From: Histomonas meleagridis 2922-C6/04-290x
Taxonomy: Eukaryota > Protista > Parabasalia
DNA length: 64,000 nucleotides
Assembly: GCA_020184695.1 (NCBI GenBank)
Contig: JAANOX010000243.1
Coordinates: 711,772-775,771, forward strand
Direction: 5' to 3'
Shown here one piece after another: positions 19,003-29,276 of the stretch. Position 1 is the stretch's first letter. The number at the start of each line of letters is the position of its first letter. The position numbers and the translations under genes were made by a program. The notes beneath the pieces were generated by a model. The model worked only from the letters and a program-made list of their open reading frames with translations. It was not told where the DNA came from and searched no databases.

Positions 19003-21258
19003 TTATTTTTTTTCTTCTGTATTCTTTTCATCTTTAACGAAATTCTTTTTAATACTTTTTTCCATATCACCGAAACTTTGGTATATTTTAGTTTTATTTT
19101 CTTTATCCAAATTCCTTTTCGAAATCATTTGGTTCAACATGTTAAAGTTTTCCTTTAAGTTTAACAATATTCGATCAGTTTGATCATCTTGATCACCCCA
19201 TTTCCCGTTCAAATATCTTGTACAATATGCGCCTGAAAATCTTCTTTTCGCGGCCAAAGAATTTAATATACCGAACAAGATGCCTAAACTCATTCCTTTC
19301 GAAGTAAACATTTTATATCCTTTTTTAACATCATTTTCACTCACAGTTATACCACAAACCTTTAACACATCCACAGAAAAATATCCAAAATACTCAGGCA
19401 ATACAATAAAATCTGCAACGCCTGGAAACAAGTCGACGATTTCGGGAACTTTTTTCTCGATTCCCTCGACATAATTAAATGCAAATATTCCAGTCAATAT
19501 TTTCCCATCTAAAGGATCTTCGATAACTTCTCCACCAGCGTTTGTTAATGTCGAATGCGTTGTCATTAAAGCTTTAACAGGTCTCATTTGGCTTAAAGCC
19601 TTTTTGAGTTGGTCAGCAGTCAATGACGTCTTCACTTCGATAACAGATAAAACATTATCTGCTAAAATCGGAGCAATTATAGAACCAGTAGTATCAATAG
19701 TCAAACTTGGACATGAGTCATTCACTACGACTACGTCGAGTTGACCTGTTTTATTTGATAATGCGTCAATAACTTCTCCTGTTGTAACTTTAAATCCAGG
19801 AGATAAATGACTTTGTAAAAAGAGTCGACATAACGCTTCGCGATTAGCGCTATTGTTATTTCCGACATGTAATTCCCGATCACTCGCGTGTGCTAATGTT
19901 CCTAATATATCTGCTTGAGCACTAAAATGAGACATAAGTGGCGCAGTTTGATATTGTGAGAAATGATCTCGTAAATATCCATATAAACTATAATCCAAAT
20001 CTTCAATTTCTGGCGATGTATGTAACACGCGTTTACCTGCATTAATGCCAACTAAGTCTTTTTCAATTGATACAATGATTATGTCGGCATCTGATTGATT
20101 AATTTTGGCAATGATTTCGGCATCATCGTTTTTGGTCGATTTGGTTAACGTCGAACGCATTGTAGGCGACGCTTGACGTGGAAATGATGTTACTATTGAA
20201 CTAGCATTATGTGCTCCTAATCGTGTTGCTAATTTAGTAGCGGAGCCAATGTTTTCAACATGATCAACAGCTAATACTTTCTGACCAAAGAGATCAAGAC
20301 CTACAGATGAATCTTCTAATTCATATGAGCTACGAACAAAATATATTTTACGATGTTCTGGATCGGAAAGTTTTTCATAGTAATATTTGCGCTCTTTTGT
20401 GAGGATCTCATGGAATTTTGAGACAACAATGACGTTTTTTGAGAGAAGGAAATTTATGAGGCCAGGCCAAAGTGAATACTTTCGAATGTTATCAAAAGCT
20501 GCTGGAGATGTAATACAAAAAGAGTAATCGGCGGCAATGTTCGGCATTTCACATGATCGTGAATCATAGATAATCACATCAGAGATTTGTTCAGCAAGAA
20601 TTATGGCACGACGTATGTCAGTAGATGCATAAACAGTGGCACCGTTGTTGAGATAAAGTTTGATTTGCCAGGAATCTGAATCTGAAAAAATATCTGGAGG
20701 TATATCATCACCGGGCTCAAAGACATAATGAAGTCCACTCTCAACTGAAAACTCGCGTGGAACAGTAAGATAATCTAATTCAGTGATGGGAAAAATTACT
20801 GCAACTTTTCGCTGTATCTGTGTATTTAATATGTGGGTAAAATAACGACAAACTTGGGTCTTGCCAAGACCTGGCGCAAGAGTAGATACAGTAATAACGG
20901 GTTTGAACGATTTGATTTTTGTCCTTGGGAGAAATTCAACTTCACAATGACCACATGCAATTATACGATTAATGATAGATTGAGCTTCTCTCATTGAAAT
21001 ATCTTGAATATGTATTAGACATTTTTGTACTCGATACTTTTGAATCGCTTTTTCAAGATCTTTTAGTGGAAATACATGAAATGGATTTTTAAAAGGTCCT
21101 TTAAATGAAACAATTGGTGGTGGATCTTTATATTGTGAAACAAATCCACAGATTTCTTGATCTACATTTTGCGCATAAGTTCTCCAATAAGTATGAAATA
21201 CAGGATAATCACATCCAATAATTAAAATCCTGGTTCTTGCAAGTGTTCTTTTCAGCAT
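19003..21258 (-). CDS. Fusion protein: ArcE/cyclic-2,3-diphosphoglycerate-synthetase-like P-loop NTPase (aa ~1-430) plus DUF6602-like PD-(D/E)xK nuclease-fold domain (aa ~450-680)
   Basis: N-terminal: RTRILIIG, IKSFKPVITVSTLAPGLGKTQVCR (P-loop), ISDVIIYD, INQSDADIIIV. C-terminal: NREALCRLFLQSHL...GEVID...GQLDVVV...VLSVIEVKTSL. One uninterrupted ORF. Confidence 0.7.
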   Translation of the reverse strand: MLKRTLARTRILIIGCDYPVFHTYWRTYAQNVDQEICGFVSQYKDPPPIVSFKGPFKNPFHVFPLKDLEKAIQKYRVQKCLIHIQDISMREAQSIINRIIACGHCEVEFLPRTKIKSFKPVITVSTLAPGLGKTQVCRYFTHILNTQIQRKVAVIFPITELDYLTVPREFSVESGLHYVFEPGDDIPPDIFSDSDSWQIKLYLNNGATVYASTDIRRAIILAEQISDVIIYDSRSCEMPNIAADYSFCITSPAAFDNIRKYSLWPGLINFLLSKNVIVVSKFHEILTKERKYYYEKLSDPEHRKIYFVRSSYELEDSSVGLDLFGQKVLAVDHVENIGSATKLATRLGAHNASSIVTSFPRQASPTMRSTLTKSTKNDDAEIIAKINQSDADIIIVSIEKDLVGINAGKRVLHTSPEIEDLDYSLYGYLRDHFSQYQTAPLMSHFSAQADILGTLAHASDRELHVGNNNSANREALCRLFLQSHLSPGFKVTTGEVIDALSNKTGQLDVVVVNDSCPSLTIDTTGSIIAPILADNVLSVIEVKTSLTADQLKKALSQMRPVKALMTTHSTLTNAGGEVIEDPLDGKILTGIFAFNYVEGIEKKVPEIVDLFPGVADFIVLPEYFGYFSVDVLKVCGITVSENDVKKGYKMFTSKGMSLGILFGILNSLAAKRRFSGAYCTRYLNGKWGDQDDQTDRILLNLKENFNMLNQMISKRNLDKENKTKIYQSFGDMEKSIKKNFVKDEKNTEEKK

Positions 21259-21744
21259 TTTTTTTTGCCAAAAAAACCGATCAGTTTTCTAAGAAATGTT
21301 ATGTGAAAAGGCAAGAATTCACCAGAAATCGTTTTAGGATAACAAAGTGGTGATAAAGCTCTTACCACTAATCACAAGTTTCTTTTGACAAAGCTTTGGA
21401 GTTTTTCCAATTTTTTAACTTTTGGATTTCACATTAATTATAATTAACCATTTTTAGAAAACAATAAGACATCTCAGAAACAAAAGGAAGAATTAACACC
21501 TAACTTAGGATCGAATTGTATTTTATAAAAGATGAATAAAGATATATTTTGAATTAAGAATATTGCAACGATAAATTATCCTTCAACACGAGTATCAGGA
21601 CAATCAATTCGTGCGTGTTGTTTGTTTTTAGCATCTCGGCGAATGAACATCCGTTCGTCTTGACCAAAACAAAAATTTAAATTTTCACAAGCTCTGTTTG
21701 GTCTGAATTAACACAAAAGTGCAATCAAATGTACGTTAATTTTC

Positions 21745-22572
21745 ATGAAAATTGCTCAAGTTCCATGTTGCGGAGATGCATATTATGAAACAAAATTTCA
21801 TTATACACTTAACCAATTTGATTGGAATTTAGTAAATAAATTAAATATCGATTTTGTGAAATCAACACAAGATAAAGATTCAATTGAAAATTTAATATAT
21901 AGTTTTGTGGATTCTAAATTTGGCGCTGTTGAAAGACAATTTCTTCCTTTTCCATTGTCAGCTAAATTTTATGAATTATTACAAATTGCTGTTGATTACT
22001 TATTACGAGAACAACTTAAACTTCGCAATAAATTGAAACGTAAAGATCATGAAATTGAGTATCTTAGAAACAAACTTGAAAAATCAATTAAAACATTAGA
22101 TTCTATTCCAAGAAATCCAGCAGCTGATGTATCTGTTGTTCATACTTGTCCAGTTTGCAACAAATCATATAAAGCAATGTATTATTTAGATAAACACATT
22201 AAAAATTATCATCCTAAAATGATCGATGCATGGAATGCTCTCAGGAATAATCAACCATATGGTTTACCAGTCGCTCTTCAGGATATTAATGAAGAACTTC
22301 AAGAACTCCGATCATCCATTACAAAACAAGAACTCGAAAATGTTAAAAAGGAAAAACCAAAAATGACATCAAATCGTTTAAAGTTTCCAAAGACAAAAAA
22401 CAAAGAGCATTGTTCAAATCCAAAAACATGTTCTACAGGGAAAATCGTTGGATATCGTGAATTTCGTCCTAAAGCTAATCAATCAGATTTCGGATTTGTA
22501 TTTTATGACACAGAAAACAACGAAACTGATCAAGACATTAATCAGCATAGTGATGATTATGAAAAGTCATAA
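21745..22572 (+). CDS. Dzip1-like N-terminal domain plus C2H2 zinc-finger protein
   Basis: FDWNLVNKLNIDFV...LLQIAVDYLL..Q, a coiled coil, then CPVCNKSYKAMYYLDKHIKNYH. Confidence 0.7.
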   Translation: MKIAQVPCCGDAYYETKFHYTLNQFDWNLVNKLNIDFVKSTQDKDSIENLIYSFVDSKFGAVERQFLPFPLSAKFYELLQIAVDYLLREQLKLRNKLKRKDHEIEYLRNKLEKSIKTLDSIPRNPAADVSVVHTCPVCNKSYKAMYYLDKHIKNYHPKMIDAWNALRNNQPYGLPVALQDINEELQELRSSITKQELENVKKEKPKMTSNRLKFPKTKNKEHCSNPKTCSTGKIVGYREFRPKANQSDFGFVFYDTENNETDQDINQHSDDYEKS

Positions 22573-22937
22573 CATTGTTCATCATAATTTGTTAGTAAAA
22601 AAAATTTATTTCCACTACAAAACGCATTTGTATTAAAATAAGTGAATTATTGTAATTACTAAAAAGGAAAAAACAACTGATTTTACATCAGATTCTATAT
22701 TTTTATATCATATTAAAGGAAATCTATTTGAAAAAGACTGCTTAAAATCAACAAATAATGATGAAAAAAATATTGAAAAATAAGATAAATGAAACACTTA
22801 ATAAATTTGAATGCAAAGAAGATAAATTACCACATCCATTTGAACAGATTCTATATCACTTCTCCCATCGAATTTTTTCAACTATATAAAAGAATAAATT
22901 CATTACAAGAAGATGATTATAATTAAATTTTTGTAAG

Positions 22938-22938
<1 letters not shown>

Positions 22939-22966
<28 letters not shown>
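22939..22966. repeat. (TA)14 microsatellite
   Basis: Perfect TA dinucleotide run. Confidence 0.95.
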
Positions 22967-22970
<4 letters not shown>

Positions 22971-23127
22971 GCGTTTTGATATTGAAGCAGGTAAGAAGTC
23001 TGGTTGTGGTATCCAATAAATAAATAATTTATACTTTATTTAATTTTTGGAAATGCAAAACAACATTTGATGAAACAATTTTAGTATTAAATTTATTATG
23101 AACATTCCTGTTTCAAAAAGAAATGAA

Positions 23128-23209
23128 GACACGATGGCCGAGTGGTTAAGGCGTGGGATTAGAGTCCCCATGGGCTTGTCCCGCATCAGTTCGAATCTGG
23201 TTCGTGTCG
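23128..23209 (+). tRNA. tRNA-Ser(AGA)
   Basis: Acceptor stem GACACGA/TCGTGTC, discriminator G, D-arm TGGCCGAGTGGTTAAGGC, anticodon loop TT-AGA-GT, long variable arm, T-loop TTCGAAT, poly-T terminator. Confidence 0.9.
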
Positions 23210-23446
23210 TTTTTTTTTATTTTTTTGATTGATCAAATGCAGCTTAACAAAAAAAAGTGTTCTAGCAATTTTTCTTGAACGAGAAAATCTCAAGTTGCGA
23301 TTAAGTTAATGGAGAAAAAAATTCCGAAAGTTAATATATGGCAAATTTATAAATTAACAATTTTTGAAAATTATTTTTTTGGTAATTAATCCGAATATCT
23401 TATTTGAATTTTAAAACTTTAGATCACTATTTCGATTTAATAAACA

Positions 23447-24811
23447 CTAATTATCAGAAAACGTGCATGTTTCGCAATCCAAAATATTGCGAATAATATG
23501 CATCGCATGTCCAATTTCCGCACTATAGAATTTCCCACTCTCAAAGCCAGTGTCAACAAACTTTTTCTTTATGTTGTCAAGAAATTCCACAACTGTTTCC
23601 CATTTATGACCAATTGTCAAAGCTCTTCCAGCAACAGCGTGAGGAAATCCATCATCAGATTGTTCGAGTGTCATCCACAATGGGAATTGTTCCACAAACC
23701 AATCCATCAATATTTGAGATCGATTTCCATTTGGATCAATCAACCCATATATTTGTGGGAAAATCTGTGCCAATCCTTGTGGATGAAAAATAGACAAATT
23801 CCATTCACTATCCGCCTGATCAGCATGGTACTTATAGAATTGGTGAACTTCACTCCACATAACCTCCTCAAATTTTTGAATGAGTCTGTTCGAATGTTGG
23901 TGAAATTCATCAGCTTTCGCATCATCATTAAAAACATTTCTGTAAATCCATTCAGCAGCAAGAAAGCCTGAATACACCTCGCTATTATCCATATTGTATT
24001 TAATGTGGTATGTGCTTTTAGCATAAGTAAGGCAATCATTGAGAATCTCAGGATTAGTTAGTACTGATGAAACAAGATCAATATCACTTCGATGTTCGAT
24101 TAAGAAGTTATAATCATAAGAAAGATTAGCATAATGATAAAGGAGATTAAGGAATAATGCAGCATACGAATCTTCAGAATCCATTTCTTCATTTGTTGTA
24201 ATTTCGTATTCAGGAACTTCTGAAATAAGTTGATAATAATAATCAAAAATACTACCAGCAACATATCTGTCTGTTAAGCCTTCCTTGTTGAGATGATTGA
24301 AATACCATTCACAGAATTTACGAACATTTTCATGATAAGATTGATTTCCAGTAACAAGGAGACCTTCAGCTGCTGTACAAGAAAAATAAGGAACAATTCG
24401 TGTTCGAGCATAGGTTAAAATTATATGATCTAAAATAGCTCCATCTTCCATTTGAATTGTTTGTATGAATTGTGCCATACTTTCCATATAATTTTGATAA
24501 TATGAGATATTGTGAGGGAATGTAAATTCAGGAGTTGGTTCTGGTTCAGACGTTGGTGATGGACCAGATGTTGGTTGCGGCTCTGGTTCAGACGATGGTT
24601 GTGGCTCTGGCTCATTTGAAATTTGATATGTTGGAGAGGGTATCGGTTCTGTATCCTTAAAATCAGGATCTGATTTTGTTAGAGTGGTAGCAAGAACAAT
24701 TGCTCCTACAATTACTATTACAGCAACTACTATAGCTACAATAACTTTAATTAGAAAGCACTGTACAGAAGAGGGAGTTTTATTTTCGTCTGAACTGAAG
24801 CTTTCATCCAT
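23447..24811 (-). CDS. Type II membrane protein: N-terminal TM, P/E/S/T linker, bacterial-type (alpha/alpha)6 glycosidase-like ectodomain
   Basis: ATG at 24811 (MDESF); TM VIVAIVVAVIVIVGAIVLA; EPEPQPSS repeats; motifs PYFSCTAAEGLL, DSEDSYAALFL, AKSTYHIKYNMDNSEVYSG. Confidence 0.6.
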   Translation of the reverse strand: MDESFSSDENKTPSSVQCFLIKVIVAIVVAVIVIVGAIVLATTLTKSDPDFKDTEPIPSPTYQISNEPEPQPSSEPEPQPTSGPSPTSEPEPTPEFTFPHNISYYQNYMESMAQFIQTIQMEDGAILDHIILTYARTRIVPYFSCTAAEGLLVTGNQSYHENVRKFCEWYFNHLNKEGLTDRYVAGSIFDYYYQLISEVPEYEITTNEEMDSEDSYAALFLNLLYHYANLSYDYNFLIEHRSDIDLVSSVLTNPEILNDCLTYAKSTYHIKYNMDNSEVYSGFLAAEWIYRNVFNDDAKADEFHQHSNRLIQKFEEVMWSEVHQFYKYHADQADSEWNLSIFHPQGLAQIFPQIYGLIDPNGNRSQILMDWFVEQFPLWMTLEQSDDGFPHAVAGRALTIGHKWETVVEFLDNIKKKFVDTGFESGKFYSAEIGHAMHIIRNILDCETCTFSDN

Positions 24812-25048
24812 TAGTTCGTTGTAAACATAAGAAAAAAATGAATCACACACAATTATTTGAATGACTTTGAGTGGTTTCTCAAAATTACTGAAATTTGATG
24901 CGGTTAAATTCAACATCATACGATAGGCGACCGTTTGGAAATTATTTCTTCACAAAAATACAAAATAAAATTTAATAATAATCAAAATATTCGACAGAAA
25001 AAAGATCCCGCGCAAGTACTTCTCATCGTAACATTTCCGGACACCAGA

Positions 25049-26335
25049 TCAAAGACCATTTCCACGTTGTCCGACTGCCGCCGATATAAATGAAGGTCGA
25101 TTCATCAAAGGTAACACAGCAGCAGGTCTCATTGGCTGTATGTTTCTTTGTGACTTAATTGGGCATTCGTTCTTTACGATTCTTCTGCAGTTTCCGACAG
25201 GTAAAAACTTTCTGTTTGATTCTAATTTCACATATGTCGCTTGTGGCTGTGGTGTTCTTGTGACTATTTTCTTAAATTGTAGTTCACTTAGCCCTTTCGC
25301 AAGCATATTGTTGAACTCTTCGCTTGTTTTCATCTTCTTTTTGATTAAATATGCAACGACAGTACTATCATTGTTCTCGCGTGAAAACAGCATTTGCTTT
25401 AGGTTCGAAGTATCCAATCCCAACGCGCTGAGCTCATTGGAAATACTTTGGTCAAAACCGTCGAAGGAGCCGTTATAGTTTTCCCAACGTTTGACAAAGT
25501 GCGAAAGGTTTTGGTACTCGCTAAGTGAAAACCAAGGATGTTCTTTGATCTTATCAATGGTGATACGTGCTTCAGGTTGTTTAATTAACATTTTCTTGAT
25601 AAGATCTGTTAGTGATGGTGATAAATCAGTAGGAAAAACTATGGGAGAATAAGCAATGTTATTAAGAAGTGTTTGTAGATCTTCGTTTTTAAATGGAAGA
25701 TTACCTACAACTAATGCATACAATAAAATTCCGGCACTCCATATCTCGGCTGCAATGGTATAGCTCTGACCTGTAATCATCTCGGGAGCTACATAAGCAG
25801 GTGTGCCACACATTGTCTTGAAATATTCATCTTCTTCTTGGAATGTATGGCATAAACCAAAATCGATAACTCGAATGTTAAAATATTGGTCTAACAATAT
25901 GTTCTCGGGCTTGAGGTCTCTGTGAATGACTTTGACTTCTTTGTGTAGGTACTCAAGGACAGTTATTATTTGTGTGAAAAATTTACGTGCTATTGGCTCA
26001 ATTACTCTTCCTCTTGTATTTACAAACTTTAAAAGATCCCCGTTAGGTGCATATTCGATGACAATGTAGTGGAAGTTTTCATCTTGCAAGTATTGAAAAA
26101 ATTGTGAAATTAAAGGATGGCTTATTTTTTGCAGTACAGATATCTCGCATATTAGTCTTTTTTGTAAATTTTCTTTTTTAATTTTTGCTTTTGAGATACA
26201 TTTTATGGCAACCAAATCTTTTGTCACGTTATGTCTTGCTTTCCATATAGCTGCTGAAGAACCATAATCGATAGGTTCTATAAACTGAAAATCGCCTACG
26301 CACTCGGGAATCTTTGCAAAGTAGTCAGAGCTCAT
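25049..26335 (-). CDS. CAMK/AMPK-like Ser/Thr protein kinase
   Basis: VAIK, HRDLKPEN, DFG, CGTPAYVAPE and PF...RIT..I..HPW motifs. Confidence 0.92.
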   Translation of the reverse strand: MSSDYFAKIPECVGDFQFIEPIDYGSSAAIWKARHNVTKDLVAIKCISKAKIKKENLQKRLICEISVLQKISHPLISQFFQYLQDENFHYIVIEYAPNGDLLKFVNTRGRVIEPIARKFFTQIITVLEYLHKEVKVIHRDLKPENILLDQYFNIRVIDFGLCHTFQEEDEYFKTMCGTPAYVAPEMITGQSYTIAAEIWSAGILLYALVVGNLPFKNEDLQTLLNNIAYSPIVFPTDLSPSLTDLIKKMLIKQPEARITIDKIKEHPWFSLSEYQNLSHFVKRWENYNGSFDGFDQSISNELSALGLDTSNLKQMLFSRENNDSTVVAYLIKKKMKTSEEFNNMLAKGLSELQFKKIVTRTPQPQATYVKLESNRKFLPVGNCRRIVKNECPIKSQRNIQPMRPAAVLPLMNRPSFISAAVGQRGNGL

Positions 26336-27394
26336 TCTAGAAAAAATTTTTGAATGGATTCAATTTGACTCGCGCATTGACGTATCAAATATATAGAGAT
26401 AAAAAATGGTAAAAATCGGATATAGCTTTAAATAACATAGAAACAAATTTGTAATTATACTAAACGAGAACACGATAATTTAATATATCTGAATTGGAGA
26501 TAAATACATTAAAATTCATCAAGATATTTGCTAAAGAATCTGGAGCGTATTTGTGATTATCTCGCAAACTTTTCAATGGAGTTCTCTGAATTTTGAATAT
26601 ATTTAAATATCAGATAACATGTTTAGGCAAATATATACATGAAAAAAACAGGTGTATATCATAAAAATATAAATTCTTGAAAAAAATAAAGTGCCCTATT
26701 CATTTTCTTTCTAACGTGATATCAAATAATAAAAATAATGAAAAATTTTCGATTCATAAAAATCATTAATAAATAGTATGTGCCTCTTTCATTTAATATC
26801 AATTCATTCGAGCATGCTCCTCAAAAAAGTACACGTTATGCTATTTTAGGAAAGATCTTAAAATTCGTAGTGAAGAAGCAAATTGGTTAACAGCATTTCA
26901 ATTGATGGAAAAGTTGAAATTTTTCAATTCATTTTTGCTGCATTAGTTCAAAAAGCTTGATGTTTTTTTTATTTCCAAAGAAATTAAAAAACGGACTATA
27001 ATTGAGGCTATGGTTACATCAAAGAGTTCAAGCTTTGGCTACCACCAGAAGCTAAGCTACTAATGGTTTTTAACAAATAATTTCAAAGAATAACAATATG
27101 TTAATTTCAAACATTGTTTTTCTCCTCAATTTAATCCGAATTGCATTGTTTTAAATTCGCCTTTAGAAGCTCGTTAGCTCATAGTTGACACCAAATTTAT
27201 TAGGAATAAATGTTTTAGATTAATTGTTTTGGATTTATAAATCAAGTGCACTTGATTATTTTTTCTATATTTCTTTACTCTGGGCCTCTGTTTCATGGTC
27301 TCATGACCGAAGTGCTATCTTTGTTTGTCTTTAAAAGATTTTTAGATCAAAAAAATTTTTTTTGTACGTTTATTTTTACCGCCAATATTTTTTG

Positions 27395-29209
27395 ATGAAA
27401 AATCAAGGGTTTCAATTTGCGAACAAAAAAAATGTTCATGACCTTCAAATAAGAGCATCTCAGATAATTGATGTTTCAAATTCTCATTTAACATCACTTG
27501 CTGGTCTTCCATCTCCAAATATCATCAAAAATTTGCTGGCTTCTAATAATAACATTGAAATTATAGAAGAAGAACAACTTAGATACTGCAAGTCAATTGT
27601 AAATTTAGACTTATCATCCAACCAAATTTCAAAAATTGAAAATTTATTTTATCTAACACACCTTCACGTTCTGAATTTATCAAAGAATTTAATTACTGTT
27701 TTGGAGAATTTAGAAGGGAATACGAACCTACGACAATTGGATGTATCTGATAATCAAATTTCTTCAATTTTTATTCGTTCTCCACTTCCCAAACTTGTAA
27801 TTCTAGATCTTAGCGGTAACAAAATTCGAAGGCTCCTTGGTTTAAATTCTTTCCCGTGTTTATCAACACTTAAAATTGAAAGATGTCAACTTATTTCTCT
27901 TTCTGGGCTTCAACAACTTCTTAACCTCAGAAGGATTTGTGCATCCTCCAATTCCATCAGTAATTTCCCACCATTTTATCTTCCACTTCTTTCACATATT
28001 GATGTTTCCCTTAATAGTTTAACATCATTAACGCCATTTGGACAATTTCAATCACTTGTTCGCTTAGACATATCACAAAATCCAATTAGTGATGAAGGAC
28101 TTCAAATCAACACCGTGTTTAATGAAATGAAAGAGTTTAGAGCAAATTACACAAATATTTCAGATCCATCACTTATTGCAAATTTTGCTCCTAACATTGT
28201 TGTTATATCAATAACTTCATCTAAAATAACATCAATTGAAAAGGTTCAATTACTTATACAAAAATTACCTTCTTTAAAATCCATTGATACTCGAAATAAT
28301 CCAATTAATTCCGATATTTATCCAGATGTTAATAATGTTAATAATCGAAATGAAGAAAAGAATTTTCCAGAATATGAAAATGAAGAAGAATATTATAAAT
28401 TATATCCTGAAAAAGAAAATGAAATACGTAAATATCGAAATACAATTTTAGGAACTAATTCATTAGGAATTGCTATTTTAGATGGAATTGGAATTAATGG
28501 AACTTCAAAAGATGCAAAATTCACATTTTCTTTCATTGAAGAATCACAAATCGAATCATTCATTGAATCTCAATTTGTTGAACCTGTTCAACAACAAAAT
28601 AAAGAAACGAATACACAAAATGAGTTTGAAATTTTTAATGAACCACATTATATCGAAAAAGGAATGCAAACTGATTTCAACAATGAATTCATTGATAATG
28701 GAATTCAAAATGATTTAATTCATAACGAAATATCAAACAATCAAAGTTATTCCAATTCAGAAGTTTTATGTGAAAGCGGTGATTTGTTTGATATAGGTGA
28801 AATCCAAAGTAATTCTTCAACTATTAATTATGATATCGATAAATTTAGTGCTGCAACTGATCTTGATGATGAATTATTTAATAAAATTAATGTTCGTAAT
28901 AATTTTTCGAAAGTTAATAAAAACCAAAAATTACATCCTGAAAATCCAAAATTACAAACTTATGATGATGATATCATAAGGAATAGAGGCGGATGTTCAT
29001 TTTGGGTTCCATTGGATGTAAAACCAAAACGGAAATCAAGAACACAAAATTTAAATAATGAATATAAACAAAAACCAAAACATTTAGGAATATCATATCC
29101 ATTCAATACGAAATCAGAAAGAAGACTTCCTTGGGATAAAGAAACAGAACAGAAAAAGACAATGCATCCAACGAAAAGATTTCATGCAAGAAAAACTTAT
29201 TTTAATTGA
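27395..29209 (+). CDS. SDS22-like leucine-rich-repeat protein
   Basis: Multiple LxxLxLSxNxI repeats (NLDLSSNQISKIENL, VLNLSKNLI, QLDVSDNQI); first ATG at 27395. Confidence 0.85.
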   Translation: MKNQGFQFANKKNVHDLQIRASQIIDVSNSHLTSLAGLPSPNIIKNLLASNNNIEIIEEEQLRYCKSIVNLDLSSNQISKIENLFYLTHLHVLNLSKNLITVLENLEGNTNLRQLDVSDNQISSIFIRSPLPKLVILDLSGNKIRRLLGLNSFPCLSTLKIERCQLISLSGLQQLLNLRRICASSNSISNFPPFYLPLLSHIDVSLNSLTSLTPFGQFQSLVRLDISQNPISDEGLQINTVFNEMKEFRANYTNISDPSLIANFAPNIVVISITSSKITSIEKVQLLIQKLPSLKSIDTRNNPINSDIYPDVNNVNNRNEEKNFPEYENEEEYYKLYPEKENEIRKYRNTILGTNSLGIAILDGIGINGTSKDAKFTFSFIEESQIESFIESQFVEPVQQQNKETNTQNEFEIFNEPHYIEKGMQTDFNNEFIDNGIQNDLIHNEISNNQSYSNSEVLCESGDLFDIGEIQSNSSTINYDIDKFSAATDLDDELFNKINVRNNFSKVNKNQKLHPENPKLQTYDDDIIRNRGGCSFWVPLDVKPKRKSRTQNLNNEYKQKPKHLGISYPFNTKSERRLPWDKETEQKKTMHPTKRFHARKTYFN

Positions 29210-29276
29210 ATAAATGTAATATATATTTGTTAAGTAAATAAAAAAAAATTTTTTTAAATACACTTAAATTTTTATT

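Noticed and set aside
22575-22910. Possible frameshifted or spliced continuation of the Dzip-like gene
   Set aside because: Coding-like but with stops in all frames and no convincing parabasalid intron signal.
23498-24039. Overlapping alternative-frame and antisense ORFs (also many 60-130-aa ORFs inside other genes)
   Set aside because: They are shadows of well-supported genes and have no motifs of their own.
26700-27300. Coding-like intergenic stretch, possibly a decayed transposon or gene
   Set aside because: No recognisable motif, TIRs or continuous frame.
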